DNA of 64,000 nt from Candidatus Saccharimonadota bacterium. Lineage in GTDB: Bacteria; Patescibacteriota; Saccharimonadia; Saccharimonadales; JACDBH01. Below the pieces are notes generated by a model. It ran no database searches and was not told the origin of the DNA. It was given only the letters and a program-made list of their open reading frames with translations. The stretch is taken from positions 256,995 to 320,994 of the forward strand of contig JACDBH010000004.1 in assembly GCA_013694995.1 (NCBI GenBank), given 5' to 3'. The position numbers were made by a program, and so were the translations under genes. This document shows positions 10,209-21,300 of this stretch, in pieces; the stretch's first letter is position 1; the number at the start of each line of letters is the position of its first letter.

Positions 10209-12236
10209 ATGGCAGAAGAGAGCATCCAGTATTTCAAGGGTGTGGGACCAGCAATTGCTAAGCAGCTATCAACAATCGGGATCAAAACTATAACTGACTT
10301 GCTGGATTATTTGCCACGTACCCACAATGATTATTCGCAAATTACTCCCATAAGCCACATTAGTCCTGGTGTGGTGACGCTAAAGGCCCAATTCAAGCAG
10401 GTTAAAGGCCGATATGTTCGTCGTGGTATGCATATCACCGAAGCGGTGGCTAGTGATGCAACCGGAAGTGTGCGGATAATATGGTTCAACCAGCCTTACC
10501 GAGCGGGTTCAATAAAAACTAACGAAGATTATTATATTACCGGTAAGCTGGAACTGAAGCGCCAGCGGTTCGCAATTGCTAATCCAACCGTTGAGCTAAC
10601 TAGTGACATTCCCGTACATACGGCACGCATCATCCCTATCTATAAGGAGTCAAAGGGTATTACTTCCCAGCTTCTGCGCAAGCTAATGATACAGGCTGTC
10701 GATTCGACCGACCAATTACCTGAAGTTCTACCAACATGGCTAATAAAAAATTATAAGTTGCTTAATTATGGTGAATCAGTCCGCGAGCTACATTTTCCGA
10801 GTTCGGCCGAAAAGCTAAAACTAGCCAAGCGTACGTTTGCTTTGACAGAAGTATTCGAGCTCATGCTTGCATCGCAGCTTAATAAGCAGTTAATCGCTTC
10901 GGAAATAGCACCAGCTATTTCGTTTAACGAAGGCCTTGCTCAATCGTTTATTAGCGTTCTTCCATTTAAGCTAACCGATGCACAACGTAAAGCCGTTTGG
11001 CAGATACTAACTGATATGCAAAAAACTACACCTATGAATCGTTTACTCGAAGGTGACGTTGGATCGGGAAAGACGGTTGTAGCTGCCATGGCAGCCGTAA
11101 TGACGATGCAGGCAGGCTATCAAGTTGCACTGCTAGCCCCGACAGAATTATTAGCCCGCCAGCACGCCGATACTATAACCGAGCTACTTAAACCATTAGG
11201 CTTAGACACGGGTGTGAGTTTACTGATTGGCAGTCATAAAAAACAACAGAAAAACGAAGCTCATGAGCAACTACAAAAGGGTACGATAAAGTTCATTATC
11301 GGCACGCATGCTCTGCTGCAGGAAAAAATTAAACTTAAAAACCTTGGTTTGCTGATTGTAGATGAACAGCATCGTTTTGGCGTTGATCAACGCAAAGAAC
11401 TCCTAAAGCAAAATAGCAAGATGGCCCATGTTTTGAGCATGACTGCGACGCCAATTCCGCGCTCACTGGCTCTGACGCTGTATGGAGAACTCGACATTTC
11501 TTTACTAGACGAAATGCCAGCAGGTCGCAAACCCATTAAAACTAAAATTATTTCACCTAATTCACGTGAATCGATGGACATGCACATCAAAGAAGAATCC
11601 AATAAGAATCACCAGATTTATATTGTTTGTCCGATTATTACGGAAGGATTAGTAAATACAGTCAACGCCGAGGAAATGTATAAGCAACTGGTTAGTAAAT
11701 TCAAAAACTTATCCGTCGGTTTGTTACACGGCAAACTTAAGTCGGTCGAAAAGTCATATATAATGGAAAAGTTTGTAGCCGGTAAACTCAATATACTAGT
11801 CGCTACTACAGTAATTGAAGTCGGTGTTAATGTGCCCAATGCGACTATTATGATCATAGAAGGCGCCGATCGGTTTGGGTTGGCGCAGATGCACCAATTA
11901 AGAGGACGGGTCGGCCGCAGTACAGATCAGGGGTACTGCTATATCGTACCTTCTGACAGTAAAGCACCATCACAGCGCCTTCGGGCTCTAACCCAATCTA
12001 CCAATGGTTTTGAACTGGCTGAACTTGATCTCGAAATCAGGGGGCCAGGAGCAATATATGGGTCATTACAGCATGGAATTTTGGACTTACGTTTTGCCCA
12101 GTTATCCGACCATAAGCTAATTATTGACAGCCGCCGAGCAGTGATAGAATTTATTAATCGGAAAGAAAAACTTTCGTCTTATCCGGTCCTTATGCGGCGG
12201 GTCAGGATGGCGCAAGCGGTTGTAACACTTAACTAA
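10209..12236 (+). CDS. recG: ATP-dependent DNA helicase RecG
   Basis: Wedge domain, GDVGSGKT, DEQHRFG, MTATPIPR, HQLRGRVGR. Confidence 0.97.
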   Translation: MAEESIQYFKGVGPAIAKQLSTIGIKTITDLLDYLPRTHNDYSQITPISHISPGVVTLKAQFKQVKGRYVRRGMHITEAVASDATGSVRIIWFNQPYRAGSIKTNEDYYITGKLELKRQRFAIANPTVELTSDIPVHTARIIPIYKESKGITSQLLRKLMIQAVDSTDQLPEVLPTWLIKNYKLLNYGESVRELHFPSSAEKLKLAKRTFALTEVFELMLASQLNKQLIASEIAPAISFNEGLAQSFISVLPFKLTDAQRKAVWQILTDMQKTTPMNRLLEGDVGSGKTVVAAMAAVMTMQAGYQVALLAPTELLARQHADTITELLKPLGLDTGVSLLIGSHKKQQKNEAHEQLQKGTIKFIIGTHALLQEKIKLKNLGLLIVDEQHRFGVDQRKELLKQNSKMAHVLSMTATPIPRSLALTLYGELDISLLDEMPAGRKPIKTKIISPNSRESMDMHIKEESNKNHQIYIVCPIITEGLVNTVNAEEMYKQLVSKFKNLSVGLLHGKLKSVEKSYIMEKFVAGKLNILVATTVIEVGVNVPNATIMIIEGADRFGLAQMHQLRGRVGRSTDQGYCYIVPSDSKAPSQRLRALTQSTNGFELAELDLEIRGPGAIYGSLQHGILDLRFAQLSDHKLIIDSRRAVIEFINRKEKLSSYPVLMRRVRMAQAVVTLN

Positions 12237-12252
12237 GGTATAATTATTAAAT

Positions 12253-13068
12253 ATGTATGCTGGCTTAATTTTAACTCGCTATTCAGGGCGTCTTATGGGC
12301 GCTCATCAGAAGATAGACAGAGTAGCTCGTAGGCATGTCGGTGAACTTTTACCTCGTCCTACTAGCTTTCCCAGGATTGGTGCAATCCTGCAGTTTGAAG
12401 GTAAAAATGGTCCCGATGGTATAAAAAGAAAAAGCCCTAGCCATAATGAGCCATGGCACTTTTTAAACCCATTAGCAGACGATAACGAAGAATTTCTATC
12501 AATTATACGAAATCATTACCAGGCTTTGGTCAAACATCTAAAAAATAAAAATAACGAGCGGGCGTCGTTTGAGGCTGCATGGCTGGCGCATGCTGTAGTT
12601 GATGGACTTACTCCTGCACACCACTACCCATACGAAGACAAAATTAGCGAACTTAGAAATGGAGAAGGCAAAGAAAGCCGTAATTCGATCAGTGAGAAGC
12701 TTATTTTTAGGGGTGACACGACTTCAAAAACGATTTTTAACACGCTTAAGGTTTATGGACCCAAAGGCTTACTGACCGCCCATATTCTGTTTGAGCTAGG
12801 ATTTACGGTCATTATAAAGCCGCTCCGATTGCCAGACGCAAGGCCTGCAGCGAAGGACATGGAGGAGATTTCTAGGTATGGTGCTATGCAATATTTTTTA
12901 CGTAGGGCTCGAGAAATAGCTGTCATGGATATCTTCGAAACTTATATAAGAACCGGCTGGACGCCGAAACTCAGCAGTCAAATCCGTCACAGTTTGGCGC
13001 CGATGATGGTGAAAACTGTCAGTATCCTGTGGTTCCATGCGGCTAAAGAAGCAGGTTTATGCGAATAA
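12253..13068 (+). CDS. Putative Zn-dependent phospholipase C / S1-P1 nuclease fold protein
   Basis: Spaced ligand pattern H(QKID)...GPD...HF...AHAVVDGLTPAHH...H..FE. Confidence 0.55.
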   Translation: MYAGLILTRYSGRLMGAHQKIDRVARRHVGELLPRPTSFPRIGAILQFEGKNGPDGIKRKSPSHNEPWHFLNPLADDNEEFLSIIRNHYQALVKHLKNKNNERASFEAAWLAHAVVDGLTPAHHYPYEDKISELRNGEGKESRNSISEKLIFRGDTTSKTIFNTLKVYGPKGLLTAHILFELGFTVIIKPLRLPDARPAAKDMEEISRYGAMQYFLRRAREIAVMDIFETYIRTGWTPKLSSQIRHSLAPMMVKTVSILWFHAAKEAGLCE

Positions 13069-13592
13069 TTAGCGGTACCTTAGGAGGGCGTACTTTTAAT
13101 TCGGTGTCTGGACATCGTACCCATCCGATGAGCGAAAAAATCCGCGGCGCCTTATTTAACTCATTGGGCGATATTCAAGGTCTGACAGTCCTGGATGCTT
13201 ATGCAGGGACTGGTGCAATGAGTTTTGAGGCAATTAGCCGCGGTGCACTGCGGAGTGTAGCAATCGATCTAGACACTGCTGCCAGTCGTACGCTTAAAGA
13301 AAACGCTTTTAGCCTAGGTGTCGAGGACAGCATATCAACCACACGCGCTGCTATAAAAGGCTGGAGCCGTCGCCATGCTAACGAGACTTTTGATATCCTC
13401 CTGTTAGACCCCCCATACGATAATTTTGACCCCAAGGAGCTAATTAACCTCACGAAACATGCAAAACAAGGTGGTTTGATAGTTATCTCGTTACCGCCTA
13501 AAAGTGGTTTCCGATACGGTGAAAGTCGCCAAAAGCTACTGCATCAAAAAAGTTACGGTGACGCAGAGTTATTTTTTTACCGCCAGCTGTAA
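13059..13592 (+). CDS. rsmD: 16S rRNA m2G966 methyltransferase RsmD
   Basis: MRIISG start, LDAYAGTGA, DPPY, YGDA. Confidence 0.92.
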   Translation: MRIISGTLGGRTFNSVSGHRTHPMSEKIRGALFNSLGDIQGLTVLDAYAGTGAMSFEAISRGALRSVAIDLDTAASRTLKENAFSLGVEDSISTTRAAIKGWSRRHANETFDILLLDPPYDNFDPKELINLTKHAKQGGLIVISLPPKSGFRYGESRQKLLHQKSYGDAELFFYRQL

Positions 13593-13751
13593 TATGTACA
13601 TCACCAGATGAAACTGCTAAAATGCAGCTAACCAAATTCGTGAACTTATACACGAATTTGAGAAAAGAAGGTTTGGTGAAGTTGCTCATAAGGCCAAGCA
13701 AATTTATTTTGTCGGCCCCTAATGTCAACTTTACCATCACATTTCGACGAA

Positions 13752-13835
13752 GGGCGAGTGGTGGAATGGTAGACACGCATGCCTTAGGAGCATGTGCCGC
13801 AAGGTGTGAAGGTTCAAGTCCTTTCTCGCCCACCA
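13752..13835 (+). tRNA. tRNA-Leu (anticodon TAG)
   Basis: GGGCGAG/CTCGCCC acceptor stem, CATGC-CT-TAG-GA-GCATG arm, long variable arm, GGTTCAAGTCC, encoded CCA. Confidence 0.97.
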
Positions 13836-13865
13836 GTGCTTAAATATCAAAAAGGAGCGTTAAGA

Positions 13866-14237
13866 GTGTCCGAAAAGATTCAGGTATGGAAGCAGCAAGC
13901 TACAGTTGAGTTTCGTGAAAAGCTGCAATTATTAGGCAGAGGCTTCGCTCAATTGGAGTTATTGAAAGAACTTAAAGGCGAACTAGGTGTTGAGGATTTA
14001 TTACTTGCGGCCAATACTTCGTATGGCGCGCCACTGGATGCCCGTGCCATTGCTCAATATGGTATTGAAGCAGCCAAAGCGAACTTTTATCCCAGGGAGA
14101 ATTATAACCAAGACAGCCTGTTTGCCGAATCCATAATAGCGGATATCATAAAACTGGAAAAAACTGACAGAGTAATTGTAGAAAACAATGAATATATCCA
14201 TCGGGATTTTGTCATCCACGCGGCGCAATCACATTAA
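13866..14237 (+). CDS. Hypothetical protein (123 aa) directly downstream of tRNA-Leu
   Basis: AAGGAG SD before a GTG start; fills the tRNA-hisS gap. Confidence 0.65.
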   Translation: MSEKIQVWKQQATVEFREKLQLLGRGFAQLELLKELKGELGVEDLLLAANTSYGAPLDARAIAQYGIEAAKANFYPRENYNQDSLFAESIIADIIKLEKTDRVIVENNEYIHRDFVIHAAQSH

Positions 14238-14291
14238 AACAACCGTATAATTATCACCTAACTGTTGCTTACGCTATAATCTTAAACAAGT

Positions 14292-15599
14292 ATGGCTTTA
14301 TCTATACAATCCTATAAAGGTGCGCGGGATTTTTATCCTGAGGACAAGCGTGTATTGAATGCGATTTTTGAAAAATGGCGTAACGTATGCCTGCGCTTTG
14401 GCTACGAAGAATACGACGCGCCAATTCTAGAACCGGTTGAACTTTATGCAGCCAAATCCGGAGAGGAATTGGTTAATGATCAGTCGTATAGATTCGTTGA
14501 CCGCGGCGGTCGGGAAATAATGCTCCGACCGGAAATGACACCTTCAGTTTCCAGGTTAGTTGCCGGAAAACGGCAGGAACTAACAATGCCACTGAGGTGG
14601 TTTAGTATTCCGTCCTGCTGGAGATATGAAAGGCCGCAAAAGGGTCGCGGACGGGAATTCTATCAGCTCAATGTCGATCTTTTCGGAATAAGTACTTATG
14701 AAGCAGAAGTGGAAATGCTGCAAATGGTTGATGCCTTAATGACTAGCTTTTCCGCAAAGCAAGATACCTACCAGTTAAAAATAAACAGCCGGGTACTTAT
14801 GGATCATATCCTTGGAACCTGGCTTGGGCTTGATGCGGTCGAGCAAAAAACAATCTCCAAACTAATTGATCGGATGCATAAAGTGCCACACCCGGAATTT
14901 ATTGCACTGATTGAAGCGTCTATTGCTCCTAGTCTCCGTGAGCAAGGAGCCGCCGATAAATTGTTACAATTATTAAATACCAAATCTCTAGAAGAATTGC
15001 CGGAAGATCTTCAAAAGCACGATTCGGTTAAGAACCTCAAGCACCTAAAGTCTATAAGTGAAGCATCTGGTATTACAAATGTAGTTTATGACATCACGCT
15101 CATCCGAGGTTTAGATTATTACACAGATTTTGTTTTTGAGGTGTTTGATACCGACCCACAAAATAATCGTTCATTATTCGGTGGTGGACGTTATGATGGA
15201 CTTGTTGGCTTGTTCGGTGTCGAGTCGATCCCGACTATAGGTTTTGCACTAAGTGATGTTACTTTAATGGAATTTCTAAAGGGCCATAATTTAGTACCAA
15301 AGACTAAGGTCGAATCGGAAATTTATATTATCCCTATTGGAGATGTATATGATGGCGCGCTTAGTATCAGCCAGAAATTACGTGGAATGGGCGTAAATAC
15401 CGTCTTGGATATAACTAACCGTAAAATAGACAAGCAATTAAAAAGCGCACTTAAAAAAGAGGTTCCTTACGTGTTATTTATTGGTGAAAAAGAACTAGAA
15501 AATGAACAGTTCACGCTAAAGAAACTAACAACTGGTATAGAGGAAACCCATTCACTGCATAGGATAGTAAGTATCGTGAAAGATCATCGCAAGGCCTAA
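14292..15599 (+). CDS. hisS: Histidine--tRNA ligase
   Basis: LRPEMT, RYERPQKGRGREF, RGLDYYT, GGGRYDGL. Confidence 0.97.
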   Translation: MALSIQSYKGARDFYPEDKRVLNAIFEKWRNVCLRFGYEEYDAPILEPVELYAAKSGEELVNDQSYRFVDRGGREIMLRPEMTPSVSRLVAGKRQELTMPLRWFSIPSCWRYERPQKGRGREFYQLNVDLFGISTYEAEVEMLQMVDALMTSFSAKQDTYQLKINSRVLMDHILGTWLGLDAVEQKTISKLIDRMHKVPHPEFIALIEASIAPSLREQGAADKLLQLLNTKSLEELPEDLQKHDSVKNLKHLKSISEASGITNVVYDITLIRGLDYYTDFVFEVFDTDPQNNRSLFGGGRYDGLVGLFGVESIPTIGFALSDVTLMEFLKGHNLVPKTKVESEIYIIPIGDVYDGALSISQKLRGMGVNTVLDITNRKIDKQLKSALKKEVPYVLFIGEKELENEQFTLKKLTTGIEETHSLHRIVSIVKDHRKA

Positions 15600-15651
15600 T
15601 TATAACGCTTAAGGTCGTAAGAACAATCTTAATCTGTTAAAGTATTTTCTT

Positions 15652-16929
15652 ATGCACATATCGCGCACTAATAAGTCTAAAACTGAAACCAAGATGCTAA
15701 TCAGAGCTGAAGCTTCGGAATTACAAAAAGCCAAAGACCTAGCACTTAAAAAGCTTGCACTGCAGGTCAATGTTCCTGGTTTTCGTTCAGGTAAAGTACC
15801 CCTTGCCATAATTGAGAAAAACGTTAACCCTAACTTACTGCAAACCGAAGTTATTGAGGAAACAATAAATACTTTATATGCCTCTGCTGTCCGACAGGAA
15901 GATTTGCGACCAGTTGCAAATCCGGAAATAGCCATAAAAAAATTTGTACCTTTTACTGATTTGGAATTTGAAGTTTTAGTTCCTACTATTGGGGCTATAA
16001 AACTTGGGGACTATACAAAAATTAATCTGGCTAGAAAAACTGTTCAAGTAAGTGACATAGATATTAAAAATGTTATTAAGTCGTTACAACAGAGGGCTGC
16101 GGAGAAAAAGGATGTTCAACGTGCGGCCAAAGATGGTGACCAGGTTTGGATAGATTTTAAAGGTACGGATGATAAAGGTAATCCAGTCCAAGGCGCCGAT
16201 GGGAAGGATTACCCGCTAATTTTAGGTAGTAATACTTTTATACCAGGGTTTGAAGCTAATCTCATTGGTGCTAATACAGGCGAAAGTAGGACTTTTACTT
16301 TAACTTTTCCAAAAGACTACAATGTTAAAGCATTGAAAAGCAAAAAAGTCACCTTTAGAGCAACTGTAACCAAAGTCCAGGAAGTTATAGAACCTACAGT
16401 CGACGATGTATTTGCTTCAAAAATTGGACCATTTAAGACAGTTTCTGAACTCAAAAGCGATATAAAGAAACAACTAGTCTTTGAACGTAGTCGTGAAGCT
16501 GAAACAGCTTACGAAAATGAACTTTTACAAAAAATAGCCGACAAAACCATGATTGAAATTCCTGAAATGTTAATAAATGAGCAAATAGACCGTATCGAGC
16601 AGGAAGAGAAACAAAACCTAACCTACCGGGGACAGACGTGGGAGGAGCACCTGAAAGAAGAAGGCGTAACGGCAGAAGAACACCGGGAGCAGAAGCATCC
16701 GGTAGCCGACCAGAGGGTTAAAATAGGAGTACTTTTATCTGAAATTGCCGAAAAAGAACAAGTTGTTGTTACGCCAGAAGAAGTCGAAATCCGCTTACAA
16801 CTAATGAAGGGGCAATACCGTGACGCAGCCGCTCAATCCGAATTAGAAAAACCGGAGGCGCTACGTGATATTGCAACTAGAATCAAGACCGAAAAAACTC
16901 TGGAACGGATTAAATCTTATCAGAAATGA
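15652..16929 (+). CDS. tig: Trigger factor
   Basis: PGFRSGKVP ribosome-binding loop, FKBP domain (FIPGFE). Confidence 0.96.
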   Translation: MHISRTNKSKTETKMLIRAEASELQKAKDLALKKLALQVNVPGFRSGKVPLAIIEKNVNPNLLQTEVIEETINTLYASAVRQEDLRPVANPEIAIKKFVPFTDLEFEVLVPTIGAIKLGDYTKINLARKTVQVSDIDIKNVIKSLQQRAAEKKDVQRAAKDGDQVWIDFKGTDDKGNPVQGADGKDYPLILGSNTFIPGFEANLIGANTGESRTFTLTFPKDYNVKALKSKKVTFRATVTKVQEVIEPTVDDVFASKIGPFKTVSELKSDIKKQLVFERSREAETAYENELLQKIADKTMIEIPEMLINEQIDRIEQEEKQNLTYRGQTWEEHLKEEGVTAEEHREQKHPVADQRVKIGVLLSEIAEKEQVVVTPEEVEIRLQLMKGQYRDAAAQSELEKPEALRDIATRIKTEKTLERIKSYQK

Positions 16930-17516
16930 CAGACGACGCCGCTTTTGAATTGGGTGGAGCCAAGAATTACTTAGCAACAAGTAAAGAGATAGAGCTTGCT
17001 GACTACGCCGCAATTATTACGGCAGATTTTCCGGGAGTTACTTTCTTTGTGTGCAGCATCCTGGAACGGGACATTTCTATAGAGGAAAAAAATGCTTATT
17101 TAACGGCAATCGATAACAAAGCTATTTTGGGGCGCGAACACGCCATAGCAACAATGATACCGGAAGAAATTTCACCTTGGTCAAATCAAATGAATTTTCA
17201 AACTTCCAAAAACTTAGTTGACCCATGTAACACAACAATATTTTACGACCAAGATAATGAAACGGGTAAAATTAGTTTATTTCAAGCATGGGGTAGGACA
17301 ACAGCAAACCGTTGGGAGGTGGAATCGCACCGTCAACCCCGAAGAGCATTAAGAATAATAGGTAATATTGCTATGAGCAGTGTGATAGCGGCTATGGCTT
17401 ATCGGGCCAATGTCGGGCAAAACCTATTGCCCTCCGATCCAGGACAACTAGCTATTGAAGCAATGATATTTAGTAGCGGGCTATCTCTTTCGTTTACTGC
17501 TAAGCATTATTTATAA
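16926..17516 (+). CDS. Hypothetical protein with two C-terminal hydrophobic segments
   Basis: 196-aa ORF; ATGA overlap with the tig stop. Confidence 0.6.
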   Translation: MTDDAAFELGGAKNYLATSKEIELADYAAIITADFPGVTFFVCSILERDISIEEKNAYLTAIDNKAILGREHAIATMIPEEISPWSNQMNFQTSKNLVDPCNTTIFYDQDNETGKISLFQAWGRTTANRWEVESHRQPRRALRIIGNIAMSSVIAAMAYRANVGQNLLPSDPGQLAIEAMIFSSGLSLSFTAKHYL

Positions 17517-17517
17517 A

Positions 17518-17544
17518 TTAGCACTCTATATTGACGAGTGCCAA
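17518..17544 (+). promoter_or_regulatory. CIRCE (HrcA operator) overlapping the clpP -35 box
   Basis: TTAGCACTC-N9-GAGTGCCAA (1 mismatch); TTGACG 17531-17536, 17 bp, then TATATT 17554-17559. Confidence 0.92.
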
Positions 17545-17566
17545 TTTGCAGAGTATATTATTGTTT

Positions 17567-18166
17567 ATGATGATTAAGCCACAATCAACCCTTATTCCGA
17601 CTGTTATCGAACAAGAGGGCCGTATGGAAAGAGCCTATGATATTTATTCTAGGCTTCTAAAAGACCGGATTATATTTATGGGTGAAGATGTAAATCCCCA
17701 CACCGCTAACCTTATCGTAGCCCAAATATTATTTCTTGATAATCAATCAAGCGATAATCCAGTACATTTATATATTAATAGCCCGGGTGGCAGCGTGTAT
17801 GATGCTCTCGCAATTTATGACACTATGAAGTTTGTAAAATCTCCGATTCACACATACGGAATCGGCATGCAAGCCAGCGCGGCAGCTTTTATACTTAGTT
17901 CTGGGCAAAAGGGTAAACGATTTTTGTTACCTCATGCAACCGTCATGATTCACCAACCAAGCTCTGGCACGAGGGGTAAAGTTACTGACCAGGAAATTGA
18001 TCTTAAAGAATCTTTGCGGGTGAAGAAATTGCTCGAAAATATTATGGCTAAAAATACAGGCCAAAAAATTGAGCGCATTCACGAAGACATGGAGCGAGAT
18101 AAGTGGCTTGATGCTGAAGAAGCTAAAGACTACGGTATTGTCGATCAAGTCATAAAGTCTTTGTAA
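17567..18166 (+). CDS. clpP: ATP-dependent Clp protease proteolytic subunit
   Basis: YDIYSRLLKDRII, YINSPGG, Ser/His/Asp triad; start moved to ATG 17567 because the track's TTG is the -35 box. Confidence 0.96.
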   Translation: MMIKPQSTLIPTVIEQEGRMERAYDIYSRLLKDRIIFMGEDVNPHTANLIVAQILFLDNQSSDNPVHLYINSPGGSVYDALAIYDTMKFVKSPIHTYGIGMQASAAAFILSSGQKGKRFLLPHATVMIHQPSSGTRGKVTDQEIDLKESLRVKKLLENIMAKNTGQKIERIHEDMERDKWLDAEEAKDYGIVDQVIKSL

Positions 18167-18373
18167 AATTTAAGCTATAATTAGCAAACTTTATGGTTGA
18201 CTTTATAAGATACTTCTATCACACTAATTATTAAGAAGTAGTGTAGGTAGCGGCTGTGCTCATGTTCTCTCGAGAAGAGTACCAAAAACGACCGTTCCAG
18301 GGTAGCTTCGGCCGGACAAACAGGTGTAATAATGTAATATTTATAACAATCTAAGTGGGAGCACTTTTTTAGT

Positions 18374-21300
18374 ATGGCGAAAGCAATTACCAAAAAAACC
18401 CTGCACGCGGGCAAGCGTGTGTACTTTACTAAATCCGATGATTTCCTGGACCTACCAAACTTGGTAGACCACCAGAATAAATCCTTTAAATGGTTTGTCG
18501 ATGAAGGCCTGGGCGAACTGCTTGCAGAGGTCAGCCCAATCGATGACTATACTGGCGCCAAGCTGTCTTTGCGTTTTAAAGATTATCATTTTGAAGATCC
18601 TAAAATAACTGAGACTGAAGCCAGGGAAAACAACGTCAGTTACGACGCGCCTCTTAAAGCTGTTGTAGAACTAACAAATAAAGTCACTGGTGAGATTAAA
18701 GAACAGGAAATTTACCTTGGCGATTACCCATGGATGACCGAGCGCGGAACTTTCGTTATTAATGGCGCAGAACGTGTCGTCGTTAGCCAACTTATTCGTT
18801 CTGCCGGCGTATTCTTTACGTCCGATGCCCACGGCGGTGCTTTCCAGTTCGGTGCAAAAGTTATTCCTGGCCGCGGAGCATGGCTGGAATTTGAAACTGC
18901 TAGCAACGGCGCACTGTATGTCAAAATCGACCGTAAGCGTAAAATTGCCGTAACTACCCTTTTAAAAGCACTAGGACTAACAGAAGCCCAGATTAAAGAC
19001 GCCTTTAAGCACGTGGACCAAGGCAAATTGAACTACATAGAAGCAACGATTGAAAAGGATCCTAGCAAAGGCTCATCCGAAGCTCTCATTGAGGTATATC
19101 GTCGCTTGCGTCCTGGAGATTTGGCAACTGTTGATAATGCTCGTTCATTACTCGAAAATATGTTCTATAACTATAAGCGTTTCGATTTTTCACGCGTAGG
19201 ACGATATAAAATCAATAAACGCCTGGATCTGGATATACCAAATACATCCGAAAACCGAGTTATGCGCCTCGAAGACCTTATCGCCATAATTGCTGAAATC
19301 ATCCGCCTGAATAATACCCAAGAACCAGCCGATGACATTGATTCGTTAGCTAATCGGCGCGTAAAGCTTGTCGGCGAGCTGGTCCAGCGTCAGTTCCGGA
19401 TTGGTCTTTTGCGTATGGAACGAAACGCTAAAGATCGCATGTCGATGAGCGAAATCGAGACAGTTAGCCCTGGGCAACTAATCAACGCCCGCCCTATTGT
19501 TGCGGCTGTACGTGAATTCTTTGCTTCTTCCCAACTAAGTCAATTCATGGACCAAATTAATCCTTTGAGCGAGCTTGCCCACAAGCGCCGGCTAAGTTCC
19601 ATGGGTCCCGGTGGTTTGTCTAGGGAACGTGCAGGGTTTGAGGTACGTGATGCCCACGCTACCCATTATGGACGCATCTGTCCGGTCGAGACACCGGAAG
19701 GCGCTAATATCGGATTGGTATTGAATCTTGCCAGCTATGCCCGTATTAATGATTATGGTTTTATCGAGACCCCGTATCGCAAGGTTGTGAATGCCGCAAC
19801 AGCAAAAGAAATTGCCGGTCATATAGCTAGTGTTGATTTGGAAGATGATAAGGGTAAAGTAATAGTCAAAGCCGGAAAAACCATAACCGAGGCCGATGCT
19901 AAAAAACTGGCAACAGTTAAAAAACAAGTTACATGGCCCGTCAAAGCCAAGGTTACCAAGGAAGTGATCTACCTAGACGCTGCCGAGGAAGAGCGTGTAA
20001 TTATCGCCAGTTCTGATAGTGAGACAGACGAGGACGGCCATTTCCTCAGCGACCGCGTCTCAGCCCGTAAGTATTTGCAGTCTAGTGAAGTCGATTCGAA
20101 CGATGTTACTTATATAGATGCGGCTCGCCGCCAAGTTATTGGATCTTCTGCTGGACTTATTCCGTTTATTGAAAAAAACTATGTTTACCGTTCACTTATG
20201 GGCAGTAACCAGCAGCGTCAAGCAGTACCTTTAATAAGCCCCGAAAGCCCCCTTGTCGGAACCGGCATGGAAGGAATTGCTGCCCGTAACACCGGCCAGC
20301 TGGTCGTAGCTGAAGCAGACGGCGAAGTAATCCGGGCTACTGGCGATGAAGTAATAGTCAAATATAAAAAAGGTACCGTTACATATATCCCACATCACTT
20401 TGTACGTAGCAACGAAGGCACCAGCATCAACCAAAAGGTTGTTGCCGTCACCGGTGAAAAAATTAAAAATGGCGATGTACTTATTGAGGGAATGTCGGTA
20501 AGGGACGGCGAATTGGCGCTTGGTAAAGACCTGCTGGTCGCATTTATGCCCTGGAGTGGTTACAATTTCGAGGATGCAATCATTATTTCGCGTCGTTTGG
20601 TAGAAAACGACACCTTAACCTCTGTTAATATAGTCGACTATATGACCGAAGTTCGCGAGACAAAACTGGGTCCAGAAATCGTTACCCGCGACATTCCTAA
20701 CGTCTCCGAGGACGCGTTGCGCCACCTAGATGAAGAAGGTATTGTCCGCATTGGTGCCGAAGTTCATCCAGGTGACATACTAGTTGGTAAGATAACCCCT
20801 AAAGGCGAACAAGAACTAAGTAGCGAAGAACGCCTGCTTAGGGCGATATTTGGCGAAAAAGCTAAGGAAGTTCGCGACACCTCCCAGCGAATGAGCAATG
20901 GCAAGCATGGCAAAGTCGTTGGCGTTAAAGTCTTTAGCCGAGCCAATGGCCACGAGCTTAAAGCCGGTGTCATTATGCAGATCCAGGTCTTTGTCGCCCA
21001 AATGCGTAAGATACAGGTTGGTGATAAGCTTGGTGGTCGCCACGGAAACAAAGGTGTTATTGCCCGTATTCTGCCCGCAGAAGACATGCCGTTTACAGAA
21101 GATGGTACGCCTATGGACATCGTTCTGAACCCACTAGGCATACCTTCTCGTATGAATATTGGCCAGCTATTCGAAACCCATCTTGGTATGGCCGCTCGAG
21201 CACTTGGCATAAAAGTTGCAAGCCCATCGTTCAATGGCGTATCTATCGAAAAGATTCAAGATTTACTTAATGATGCCGGCCTACCACGCGATGGTAAGCA

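Noticed and set aside
13622..13843. 73-aa ORF, the 5' part of the 147-aa ORF, and the antisense 111-aa ORF crossing tRNA-Leu
   Set aside because: They overlap a clear tRNA; the downstream gene more plausibly starts at GTG 13866 behind an SD.
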